Source: a bacterium (GTDB taxonomy: Bacteria > Patescibacteriota > Minisyncoccia > Phycocordibacterales > VMGT01). Taken from it: a stretch of DNA of 64,000 bases. The DNA lies in the NCBI GenBank assembly GCA_030697645.1, contig JAUYPI010000014.1:12136-76135 (forward strand). Direction: 5' to 3'. The notes beneath the pieces are model-generated. The model was not told the DNA's origin, ran no database searches, and was given only the letters and a program-made list of their open reading frames with translations. The position numbers and the translations under genes are program-made. Each line of letters starts with the position of its first letter. The stretch's first letter is position 1. Positions 39,489 through 47,814 of the stretch are shown piece by piece.

Positions 39489-40355
39489 ATGACAAAACCA
39501 CAAAATCTTACAACAAAAATATTCTTAGACGGCGGTGACTCGAAGGAGACGAAAGAAATTATTACCCTGCTCGGATTCCTTGATGGGCAGACGACAAACC
39601 CAACGCTCATCGCGAAAAATCCCAACGCGCAGGAGCGACTTGCCAAGGGAGATACATTCACCGAGGAAGAAATATACGATTTTTACCACGGGGTGGTGAA
39701 GGAGATAGCAACCCTTGTGCCCGAGGGCTCGGTATCGGTTGAGGTATATGCCGACAAAAACACAGCCACCGATGAGATGTTTACACAGGGAAAAGAAATG
39801 TTTTCGTGGATTCCGAACGCACACATTAAGTACCCCACGACAGCGGCCGGACTTGCGGCGGCGAGGCGTTCCGTAGAGGTAAACATGCGAGTCAACATGA
39901 CGCTGGTTTTTACCCAAGAGCAGGCGGCGGCAGTGTATGTGGCGACACGCGGCGCGAAAAAAAGCGACGTATTCGTATCTCCGTTTGTCGGGCGGCTTGA
40001 CGACAGGGGAGAGAATGGCATGGATTTGATTAAAAATATCACGAAGATGTATAAAGCCGGTGACGAGCACGTGAAAGTCTTGGTCGCGAGTGTCCGAAAT
40101 ATGGACCATTTTCTTTACGCGATACAACTTGGCTCCGACATTATTACCGCCCCTTTCAAAATTCTCAAAGAATGGGGTGGACAAGGCATGCCGATTCCGA
40201 AAGACGATTTTATATACCCCGCCAAAGGACTAAAAGAAATTCCCTATCGAGAAATTAATCTGTCAAAGGACTGGAGAGAATTTGACCTTACCCACGAACT
40301 TACCGGAAGAGGCGTTGAACGTTTTGCCGACGATTGGAACGCGCTTATCCGGTAA
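39489..40355 (+). CDS. tal: Transaldolase family protein
   Basis: IFLD, TTNPT, IK.P, N.TLVF, SPFVGRLDD, ASVR. Confidence 0.88.
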   Translation: MTKPQNLTTKIFLDGGDSKETKEIITLLGFLDGQTTNPTLIAKNPNAQERLAKGDTFTEEEIYDFYHGVVKEIATLVPEGSVSVEVYADKNTATDEMFTQGKEMFSWIPNAHIKYPTTAAGLAAARRSVEVNMRVNMTLVFTQEQAAAVYVATRGAKKSDVFVSPFVGRLDDRGENGMDLIKNITKMYKAGDEHVKVLVASVRNMDHFLYAIQLGSDIITAPFKILKEWGGQGMPIPKDDFIYPAKGLKEIPYREINLSKDWREFDLTHELTGRGVERFADDWNALIR

Positions 40356-40371
40356 ATATACGCACCCAAAT

Positions 40372-40443
40372 CAGATTTGCGAAAATATTTCCGCGAATGT
40401 CCTTATTTTAGGACGTTTGTTCCGGTAAATTTTGGCAAACCTG
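40372..40443. repeat. Long imperfect intergenic hairpin
   Basis: CAGATTTGCGAAAAT/ATTTTGGCAAACCTG and CGAATGTCCT/AGGACGTTTG. Confidence 0.6.
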
Positions 40444-40518
40444 TGTCATTTTGGCATAAAGTGCGCCAGATTATAAAAACAAGAGCGCGGCCCAAAAAAT
40501 TTTCGCGAGAAGCCCATC

Positions 40519-41286
40519 ATGAAAAAAGACGCAAAAATACTTGTATTCATCCCCGCCCGCGGAGGGAGCAAAAGGGTGCAGGGGAAAAATACCCGCCCAT
40601 TTGCGGGGAAACCCCTGATCTCATACACGATTCGCATGGCAAAGACACTGAGGGGCGCTGATTTCCGAATCATCGTCTCGACCGAGGACGAGAAGATAGC
40701 GCAGGTGGCACGGCGCTTCGGGGCAGAAGTGCCTTTCTTGAGACCGCAGAGCCTCGCGCAGGATGACAGCCTCGTTGCCGACAGCGCGCTCCACCTCCTC
40801 GCAAGACTAAGACAAGACGAAGGGTATGTGCCGGATTACATCATGCACCTGCAGCCGCCCTCGCCTCTTGCGGAAGCAGAGGATGTATACCGGTGTATCG
40901 AAGCTCTCAGGCGCGATCAAAAAGCAGATGCGGCGCTCACGGTCTGCTCTACCCACCCGCTGCTCTACCGCTTAGGAGAAGGGAGCTATCTTGAGCTCGC
41001 CAATAAAAAAATAGCCGTTGATAAAAGGTTTATGCGGCGAGGCAGGATTACTGGTTTCCAAGGGCAAAAATTCCATCCCGCCTACAAACTCAACGGCTGC
41101 TTCGTCTATCTGGTCAAATACGCGGCGTTTGTACGAGAAAAAACCTTCCAACCAAAACGCACCCTCGCCGTCGTTGTTGACGCGTGGCGTTCCATAGACA
41201 TTGATACGCCGGATGATTTTGTACTCGCCGAAACGATTTATCGTAACCGACAAAAAATTCGACGCGCCCTTGCGTCATTTATATAA
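40519..41286 (+). CDS. neuA: Acylneuraminate cytidylyltransferase, copy 3
   Basis: IPARGGSKRVQGKN, VSTED, VPFLRP..LA.D, LQPPSP, SIDIDT. Confidence 0.88.
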   Translation: MKKDAKILVFIPARGGSKRVQGKNTRPFAGKPLISYTIRMAKTLRGADFRIIVSTEDEKIAQVARRFGAEVPFLRPQSLAQDDSLVADSALHLLARLRQDEGYVPDYIMHLQPPSPLAEAEDVYRCIEALRRDQKADAALTVCSTHPLLYRLGEGSYLELANKKIAVDKRFMRRGRITGFQGQKFHPAYKLNGCFVYLVKYAAFVREKTFQPKRTLAVVVDAWRSIDIDTPDDFVLAETIYRNRQKIRRALASFI

Positions 41287-41291
41287 AGGCA

Positions 41292-41516
41292 TCACAGGAG
41301 CGTTCGGAGCTCCTCGACGCTTACGTTTGCATCGCGCAGTATGCTTTTCAATGTTTTGGGGTGAAGTATGGTGCTGCCGTGAGCAGGAACCGTGGCGCGG
41401 CTGCCTGCTTTGTTGCGGTAGATCACGTGACTACCACTTTGGCGAGTAACAAAAAAGCCGCTCTTTTCAAGAACAGCCGAGATTTGTTTTGCAGTGAGAC
41501 GTGGAAGCCGGGGCAT
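41292..41516 (-). CDS. hicA: HicA family toxin
   Basis: LEK.GF..TRQSGSH, TVPAH, TL.SILR. Confidence 0.9.
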   Translation of the reverse strand: MPRLPRLTAKQISAVLEKSGFFVTRQSGSHVIYRNKAGSRATVPAHGSTILHPKTLKSILRDANVSVEELRTLL

Positions 41517-41541
41517 GGGTGACAGTCCTTGGCCACGCTCT

Positions 41542-41769
41542 CTACGCGGCAACAGCAACCGAGGCGACGCTCACCGAGCGCCCGGTGGGGATTATTTCTC
41601 GTTCTGCAGCACGATCGTCGAGGTGCAACTTTATGGCATCGCGTATGTTCTTCAGCGCTTCTTCGTATGTTTGTCCTTGGCTGTAGCACCCTTGTAATTC
41701 AGGGCAGGAAACGAAATATCCGTTTTTGTCTTGTTCTACGACGATGGCGAAGTGGTAGTAGTTTTTCAT
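41542..41769 (-). CDS. hicB: HicB family antitoxin (short form)
   Basis: YFVSCPELQGCYSQG.T.EEAL.NI.DAI. Confidence 0.9.
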   Translation of the reverse strand: MKNYYHFAIVVEQDKNGYFVSCPELQGCYSQGQTYEEALKNIRDAIKLHLDDRAAEREIIPTGRSVSVASVAVAA

Positions 41770-41966
41770 GACTTAAGAGTAAACGACAACGGCTGGAAAA
41801 TCAAATCCCATGTTAAGAAATTCCAGCAAGAAAAGCATCCCTCCTGCGCGGGGCAGAGGGCTGCTGTTATCAGCGTAGACACAGAGAGGCCGTGGCGAAG
41901 CTGGTACGACTTTCGTACAGAGTTCTGCCACAGAATCCGCAGGAGAGTGTACCACGCTGCAGCCGC

Positions 41967-43127
41967 TTAGTCAACAAACTGTTTCTGTATCGGCACCGAT
42001 GCGAGGTTGAGGCTCTTTAAAATAGAGACGATGCGCTCGGCGGACTGGCCGTCGCCGTAGATATTCTTGACACGGCGGACTCTGCGGCGGAATCCCTCGT
42101 CCGTAAGCGCTGTGCGGATGGCGTGCTCGATTGCCGATGCGTCATGGGGAACGTCTATCACGTTTCCCGCTCTCTCTCTACCCTGCTGCCGCGAGCCGAT
42201 GTTGATTGTCGGCACGCGAAATGTCGCAGACTCGTGAATGCCGCTTGAAGAGTTGCCGACGAGTGCCGCGGCATGACGCAGCACGTTTGCGTAGTGCTCT
42301 GGAGACAGGCTCTTGAGACGTTTCAGCCGCGCGCCGCGCCTGATCCTCTTCACGATCGCTTCGGCCCCCGCATCGTTATTCGGATACAGAACGACCGCCT
42401 CGACGTTCGTTTTCGCTATAGCACGGAGTGTGATCTCGATCTGTTTTTCCGCATCGTGCATTTCCGTCGTTACCGGGTGCTGCACAACGAGGAGATATGG
42501 TGCCTGCGGGTCTACCCCCGCAATGCGGCATGTATCTTCTCGAGAGAGAATCGGGGCCGCGAGCAGCGCATCTATCGAAGGGCAGCCGACGGGGAAAATG
42601 AAACGCGGGTCCTCACCCATGCGCTTGAGACGCCGCGCAGCGCTCTTCGTTGCAGGAAAATGGATGTGCGCGAATTTACTCATCGCGTGCCGGAGCGATT
42701 CGTCAATGCTCCCCGTCACTTCACCGCCCTGGATATGCGCAACGGGGATGTTGAGATGCGCGCCGACGACCGCTGCGGCGAAATTGGCCCCAATATCAAA
42801 ACCGGTAAGCACAAGGTCGGGCTCGAGTTTTTCAAACAGGTCCGTAAGCGCGATCATCACGCGGCCGCAGCCGCGCGTCATGTGGCCACCGGTGTCGCGC
42901 ACCACCCGCTCCGGGAACATGGGAATCGTTGCGGCGATGTCGAACCCATCCTTTTTTATACTGTTGATATCTTCGCCGCGACTCTTTAAGAGCGATACTC
43001 CGGTGACAATAAGCCGGTACTCAAAAAAAGGGTCGCTCCGCAGGAGCGAGAGAATCGGCTTGAAGCGGGAGTAGTCCGCGCGGCGCTCGGAGACGAGCGC
43101 GACACGGAGCGGGCGTGTGGGGATCAT
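41967..43127 (-). CDS. neuC: UDP-GlcNAc 2-epimerase (hydrolysing)
   Basis: RADY, AHIQGGE.TGSIDE..RHA.SK.AH.HF, QHPVT, PNND, GNSSSGI.E, RQ.GR. Confidence 0.92.
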   Translation of the reverse strand: MIPTRPLRVALVSERRADYSRFKPILSLLRSDPFFEYRLIVTGVSLLKSRGEDINSIKKDGFDIAATIPMFPERVVRDTGGHMTRGCGRVMIALTDLFEKLEPDLVLTGFDIGANFAAAVVGAHLNIPVAHIQGGEVTGSIDESLRHAMSKFAHIHFPATKSAARRLKRMGEDPRFIFPVGCPSIDALLAAPILSREDTCRIAGVDPQAPYLLVVQHPVTTEMHDAEKQIEITLRAIAKTNVEAVVLYPNNDAGAEAIVKRIRRGARLKRLKSLSPEHYANVLRHAAALVGNSSSGIHESATFRVPTINIGSRQQGRERAGNVIDVPHDASAIEHAIRTALTDEGFRRRVRRVKNIYGDGQSAERIVSILKSLNLASVPIQKQFVD

Positions 43128-43365
43128 AACAAAAACTCAAAGTGTAAAATGCAAAGCGAAAAATAACAGTGCAAAAAGCAAAACAAATTTCCAATTTCCA
43201 AAAAACCCGTCTCCAAACAAATCTCAAATTCCAATGCGTCAAATCTCAAACACGTACGTCGTGTTTGGAAATTGAAATTTGAATCATTTGTTTGAAGCTT
43301 GTTTTTTGGAATTTTGAATTTTGCTGTGTTGTTTTGCAATTTTCGTTTTGCGATTTGCGCTTTAT
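43128..43365. repeat. Nested heptamer-periodic hairpin filling the whole intergenic space
   Basis: Core CAAACACG-TACGT-CGTGTTTG, inner AAATTCC-type arms, outer CAAAATG-type arms. Confidence 0.85.
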
Positions 43366-43375
43366 GTCATGTACG

Positions 43376-44392
43376 CTACCACCCAGCGCGGTCGAGGAGC
43401 GCCGAGATGTCGTCCTTCCCAAGCGGCGCCACGGCTCTCGTGAGGTATGTCTCCGAGGTACGCGGGAGAGCGCCAGCGTAGGTATACTGATCTGCGGCGA
43501 CGTCCGCAGTCGCTATCTGCGGGACGATGATAAAGTGGCGCTCAGTCTCAAGCGCGGTACGCGCCTCGTCCTCGGTGAGGAGCCCTTCGTGGATTTTCTC
43601 CCCCGGCCGAATCACTCCGTAGACCACGCGCGCTGGGGGGGAAGTGAAACGCTCTGCGCACACCTCCGCCAAATCCGCAATCTTGAGCGCGGGCATCTTC
43701 AGGACGAAAATGTCTCCGCCGCGCGCTCTCATCAGAGCCTCAAAGACGAGCTCGACCGCATCGGGTATCGTCATGAAAAACCGCGTCATATCCGGATGCG
43801 TTACCGTGAGCGCTCCAGCTCGCGCCTGCTCGTGAAAAAGCGGCAACACCGAGCCGACGGTACCGAGAACATTGCCAAACCGCACCGTCGTAAAAATTTT
43901 CCCTCTTTTCCCCTGAATGTAATGGGCTGCTGTTATGAGTCGTTCAGCGAGGAGCTTCGACGCCCCCATGGTGGAGGTCGGTGCCACTGCCTTATCGGTG
44001 GAGATCATCACCGTGTGCGTAATGGTCGGCGTGTTGAGCGCCGCACTGACCACATGCTGCGTACCGATAACATTGGTCTGCACCGCCTCGAATGGATTAT
44101 ACTCCCCCTGCGGCACATACTTAAACGCCGCCGCGTGGAAAATGATGTCCACATCCTCACACGCAGACATGAGGCGGTCCCGATCTCGAATATCGCCAAG
44201 GATATAGCGCAGACGACGATCTCGAGCGAACGCGTCCTCGACCTCAATCTGCTTAATGGCGTCGCGCGAGAAAATACGGACGACGGCAGGATCGAACGAC
44301 AGCAGTTGGTTCACAATCACGCGGCCGATCGAGCCGGTACCGCCGGTGACCAAAATCTTTTTACCGCGAATGAATGAAGCAGGGTCGGACAT
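43376..44392 (-). CDS. UDP-GlcNAc 4,6-dehydratase (PseB/FnlA/CapD family)
   Basis: TGGTGSIG, FSRD, HAAA.K.VP..EYNP.E, STDKA, MGASK, RFGNV, MTRF, RPGEK.HE. Confidence 0.88.
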   Translation of the reverse strand: MSDPASFIRGKKILVTGGTGSIGRVIVNQLLSFDPAVVRIFSRDAIKQIEVEDAFARDRRLRYILGDIRDRDRLMSACEDVDIIFHAAAFKYVPQGEYNPFEAVQTNVIGTQHVVSAALNTPTITHTVMISTDKAVAPTSTMGASKLLAERLITAAHYIQGKRGKIFTTVRFGNVLGTVGSVLPLFHEQARAGALTVTHPDMTRFFMTIPDAVELVFEALMRARGGDIFVLKMPALKIADLAEVCAERFTSPPARVVYGVIRPGEKIHEGLLTEDEARTALETERHFIIVPQIATADVAADQYTYAGALPRTSETYLTRAVAPLGKDDISALLDRAGW

Positions 44393-44401
44393 ATCGTAGA
44401 A

Positions 44402-44557
44402 TAAATTCCAAGCTCCAACCAACAATTTCCAAACAAACTTCAAATTCCAATGCGCCAAATCCCAAACTCTCACGTCGTGTTTAGTCCGCCAGCTGGCGGA
44501 TTGGATTTTGAATATTGTGATTTGTTTGGAGACGGGTTTTTTGGAATTTGGAAATTC
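44402..44557. repeat. Heptamer-periodic hairpin with an embedded 16-bp palindrome
   Basis: Near-copy of the 32018 element; TCCGCCAGCTGGCGGA at 44485-44500. Confidence 0.85.
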
Positions 44558-44567
44558 GAGCTTTGTA

Positions 44568-45623
44568 TCACGGCACCACCATCTTCCAGCTCAGTTGGCT
44601 ATCCTTCTTGATTGGCCGTTTTGCGCGCATACCAAGGAGCCGCTTAAAATCAACCGCTCGTATCTCTCCGGTACCCGGCCTCTTCACCCATATATTCTCG
44701 CGCGTCAAGAGCTCCCCGCGCGCAATGTCCTGAATCGCTACCACAGAGGCGTACGCGAAGTCAATGGTCGGCTTTTCTGCGGCCAGTATGCGCTTGCTGC
44801 CCCCGCGCGCCGCAAAAATCGCGCGACTGCCCACGATGAGCTCGCGGAGCTCTCCGGGCATAATCGAAATCGCGATGTCCGGCCCGGGCCAACGCCTCTC
44901 CGAAGTAAAGTGCTTTTCGAGAATGGATGCACCCAGTGCAACTGCGGCAAGAGCAGTATAGATACCGAGCGAATGATCACTCGAACCTATGACTGCGCGC
45001 GGAAAGGCCCGCGCGAGCTCCGCGATCGCGCCAAGGCGCACGCTCTCATACGGCGTCGGGTAGAGCGAAGTGCAATGAAGCAACGCGTACGATACAGAAC
45101 GCCGCTCGAGGATGCGCACTGCCGGCCGGATAGAGCGGAGATCGTTCATGCCGGTCGAGAGGATTATCGGCTTCCCGAATGACGCGATGTGCTCGACCAA
45201 GGGGTAATTGTTGCACTCGCCGGAGCCAATCTTGTAGGCATGAACACCCAAGCGCTCGAGCCTGTCCGCCGCGGCGCGCGAGAATGGTGTGCAGAGGTAG
45301 ATCAGGCCGAGCGATTCGGTAAACTTTTTCAATTCGCGCTCCTGGTCCTCATCGAACGCGCACCGCGCCATGATGTCCCAGATCGATTCTTTCGTATGAC
45401 CCGGAATGACTTTCTTCGCGACGGGCGTCATCTCGTCCTCGATTACATGCGACTGAAATTTTACGCACTCGGCACCAGCCTTTGCCGCATCAGACACCAT
45501 GCGTTTTGCCTTGCGCATGTCGCCTTCATGGTTGATGCCGATTTCCGCAATCACAAACGGCGGGTAGTCCGCGCCAATAACCCGCTTCCCTATAGTGAGT
45601 GATGGTTTTTTTGCCCTTGCCAT
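44568..45623 (-). CDS. neuB: N-acetylneuraminate synthase with SAF domain
   Basis: IAEIGINHEG, KIGSGECNN, LSTGM, LHCTSLYP, SDH, LEKHFT, KRPGTG. Confidence 0.93.
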   Translation of the reverse strand: MARAKKPSLTIGKRVIGADYPPFVIAEIGINHEGDMRKAKRMVSDAAKAGAECVKFQSHVIEDEMTPVAKKVIPGHTKESIWDIMARCAFDEDQERELKKFTESLGLIYLCTPFSRAAADRLERLGVHAYKIGSGECNNYPLVEHIASFGKPIILSTGMNDLRSIRPAVRILERRSVSYALLHCTSLYPTPYESVRLGAIAELARAFPRAVIGSSDHSLGIYTALAAVALGASILEKHFTSERRWPGPDIAISIMPGELRELIVGSRAIFAARGGSKRILAAEKPTIDFAYASVVAIQDIARGELLTRENIWVKRPGTGEIRAVDFKRLLGMRAKRPIKKDSQLSWKMVVP

Positions 45624-45688
45624 ATCGTCACTTATGACTAACACGACACACGCCCACTAGCAAGGACGCATGCGCCATCGATTTCATC

Positions 45689-45717
45689 TTGCTCACAGAG
45701 CAACCTCATGGTATTTT
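45689..45717 (+). promoter_or_regulatory. Putative sigma70 promoter for the acpS operon
   Basis: TTGCTC-N17-TATTTT with extended -10 TG; ATG 7 nt downstream. Confidence 0.45.
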
Positions 45718-45724
45718 ATTCTCC

Positions 45725-46147
45725 ATGAAAAGAAAGTCGGGTCCGCGCCCCGGGACGAGTATCGGAGTTGATCTTGAACAGATACGCCGTTTCCGGGCAC
45801 ACTCGTTTTCAAAAGAGAAAAGATTTTGGGTACATATTTTTTCCGCACGAGAACTGGAGCGACTTGCGACGTATACAGATCCCTATCCTCATGCGGCGGG
45901 TATGTTTACGGCAAAAGAGGCCGTCGTAAAATCACTTTCTTTTTTTAAGAAAAAATTATCCATTCGAGACATTGAGGTGCTCCACGAAAAAGATGGCCGC
46001 CCTATTGTTTTTATACGGAGCTTAAAAGACATGACGTGCCAGGTGAGTATCTCGCACACGCTCGAGTATGCATGCGCCGCCGCCGTGTGCCAGGAAACAA
46101 CCTCCAATAAAAAGTATGGAACAAAAAGAAATACGAGAGCGGATTAA
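45725..46147 (+). CDS. acpS: Holo-ACP synthase (AcpS-type PPTase)
   Basis: IGVD, IFS.RE, AG.F.AKEA..KS, VSISH. Confidence 0.9.
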   Translation: MKRKSGPRPGTSIGVDLEQIRRFRAHSFSKEKRFWVHIFSARELERLATYTDPYPHAAGMFTAKEAVVKSLSFFKKKLSIRDIEVLHEKDGRPIVFIRSLKDMTCQVSISHTLEYACAAAVCQETTSNKKYGTKRNTRAD

Positions 46148-46367
46148 AACAATATTCCAGGAAACGTTTCCCGAGGAAGCGTTCCGGTGGGAAAAAAAGC
46201 AGGAGGAATTCCCTCGATGGGATTCTTTAAGCCACATGGAGTTGGTCGGCAAATGCGAGGAGCGCCTGGGCTCCAGGTTCGAAATGGAAGAAGTTATGGC
46301 GCTCAACACGCCGGAGGATTTTTTTAGGGTGATTTCAAAAAAAAATGGCGGACCAGTTACTTCATAA
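46116..46367 (+). CDS. Acyl carrier protein
   Basis: 83 aa, acidic, WDSL.HM phosphopantetheine site. Confidence 0.85.
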   Translation: MEQKEIRERIKTIFQETFPEEAFRWEKKQEEFPRWDSLSHMELVGKCEERLGSRFEMEEVMALNTPEDFFRVISKKNGGPVTS

Positions 46368-47814
46368 ATTTTTAGAAGCGAGCGCAAAAAAATTCCCCGA
46401 TAAAACCGCCCTGCGCATGGATCGGCGTACGCTCTCGTATAGAGAACTCGACCGGGCCGCTCAATGTGTCGCCTCTCTTCTTGTCGGATCAACGACATTT
46501 CAAGATCGCGTGATTTTGTTTTTGCCGAACTCATGCGAATTTATCGCGTGTTATTTCGGCATTCTAAAAGCGGGGCGGGTGGCGGTACCGGTTGATCCTG
46601 CAATAAACCCGGAAATGCTTCTGAAAAGGACCGTATCGAGCGGTGCAGTGCTCTGTCTCACGAACGAAATTCTGATGCAAAAATTCAAAGACGTGGTTCG
46701 AGGCGTACGGGTCGAGGATGCATCTCGGGCAATGCTCTGTACCGACGCTCTTCGGGAAAAGCGCACAGTCAGGCCGAACGATCTCGCGTCGCTCCTCTTT
46801 ACCACTGGCACCACCGGTACCCCAAAAGGGGTTATGGTACGACATGCCAACGCGTACTCGGCTGCAATAAATATGCTGCGGAGGCTTAACTACTCTCATG
46901 AGTCCATCGACAGTAATCCTCTCCCCATAACTCATTCTTTCGGATTAGGTAATGTCCATGCCGTTTTCGGGGTCGGCGGGACGGTTTTGCTCTATAAAAA
47001 CTTTATCAACTTAAAAAAGATTCTGGAGGATATCCGTGAATATCGGGCAACCTCTTTTTCGGCAACCCCTCCCGTTTTTGAAACCCTGGCCGGACCCTTG
47101 AGCACTTTGTTTAAGCGCTCAAGCGCCAGTCTGCGTCTCCTGCTTGCAAACAGCGCCCCGATTCCTCCCCGGACGATAAAAAAAATTCTGTCATTGGCGC
47201 CGCGCGCCGATTTTTTTACCTATTACGGTCTGACTGAAGCGTCTCGCTCCACGTTTATAAATTACCGCACCGAGCGGCGGTTTACCTCGGTCGGCAAAGC
47301 CGCTCCACGCGTAAAGATCGCGGTGCTCTCCGAGCGAAGAAAAAGGCTTCCCCGAAACACAATCGGAGAAATTTATATCAACGGACCGACCGTGGTCAGC
47401 GGCTACTGGAAAAATCCAAAAGAAACCAAAAAAAGAATACAAAAGAAATGGCTCGCAAGCGGCGATAACGGATACCTTGATGAAGACGGCTATCTGTATA
47501 TTGTAGGCCGCACAGACGACGTGATGAACATCGGCGGGAATAAAGTATATCCGTACGAAATCGAGGAAATGTTAAAAAAACACGCGCTGGTTAAAGACGC
47601 GGCCGTTGTCGCCGAGAAAGACGCGTGGCTCGGAGAGGTGCCGCGAGCCGTTATTGTGCTCGGGGAGGGTTATAACGAAAAAACTATACAGGAAGATATA
47701 CAAAATTTTTGCCGAAGAAACCTTGAGCCGTTTAAGACCCCGAAGAGTATCGAGTTTGTCAAAAATCTGCCGAAAACGTCGTCTGGTAAGGTGCAGAAAA
47801 AGTTATTGCTATGA
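46345..47814 (+). CDS. AMP-dependent acyl-CoA/acyl-ACP ligase
   Basis: FTTGTTGTPKGV, YYGLTEA, SGD.G..DEDGYLYIVGR, PKT.SGK. Confidence 0.92.
   Translation: MADQLLHKFLEASAKKFPDKTALRMDRRTLSYRELDRAAQCVASLLVGSTTFQDRVILFLPNSCEFIACYFGILKAGRVAVPVDPAINPEMLLKRTVSSGAVLCLTNEILMQKFKDVVRGVRVEDASRAMLCTDALREKRTVRPNDLASLLFTTGTTGTPKGVMVRHANAYSAAINMLRRLNYSHESIDSNPLPITHSFGLGNVHAVFGVGGTVLLYKNFINLKKILEDIREYRATSFSATPPVFETLAGPLSTLFKRSSASLRLLLANSAPIPPRTIKKILSLAPRADFFTYYGLTEASRSTFINYRTERRFTSVGKAAPRVKIAVLSERRKRLPRNTIGEIYINGPTVVSGYWKNPKETKKRIQKKWLASGDNGYLDEDGYLYIVGRTDDVMNIGGNKVYPYEIEEMLKKHALVKDAAVVAEKDAWLGEVPRAVIVLGEGYNEKTIQEDIQNFCRRNLEPFKTPKSIEFVKNLPKTSSGKVQKKLLL

Noticed and set aside
41770-41966. Small ORFs or a regulatory RNA upstream of hicB
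   Set aside because: No RBS, motif or convincing structure.
43124-43339. 71-aa ORF and other short ORFs or N-terminal extensions over heptamer repeats (32066, 44473, 8070, 22493)
   Set aside because: These are low-complexity translations of repeat DNA; conserved domains start at downstream ATGs.
43128-44557. CRISPR array
   Set aside because: The repeats are 7-nt periodic inverted arms, not 25-40-nt direct repeats with unique spacers; no cas genes.
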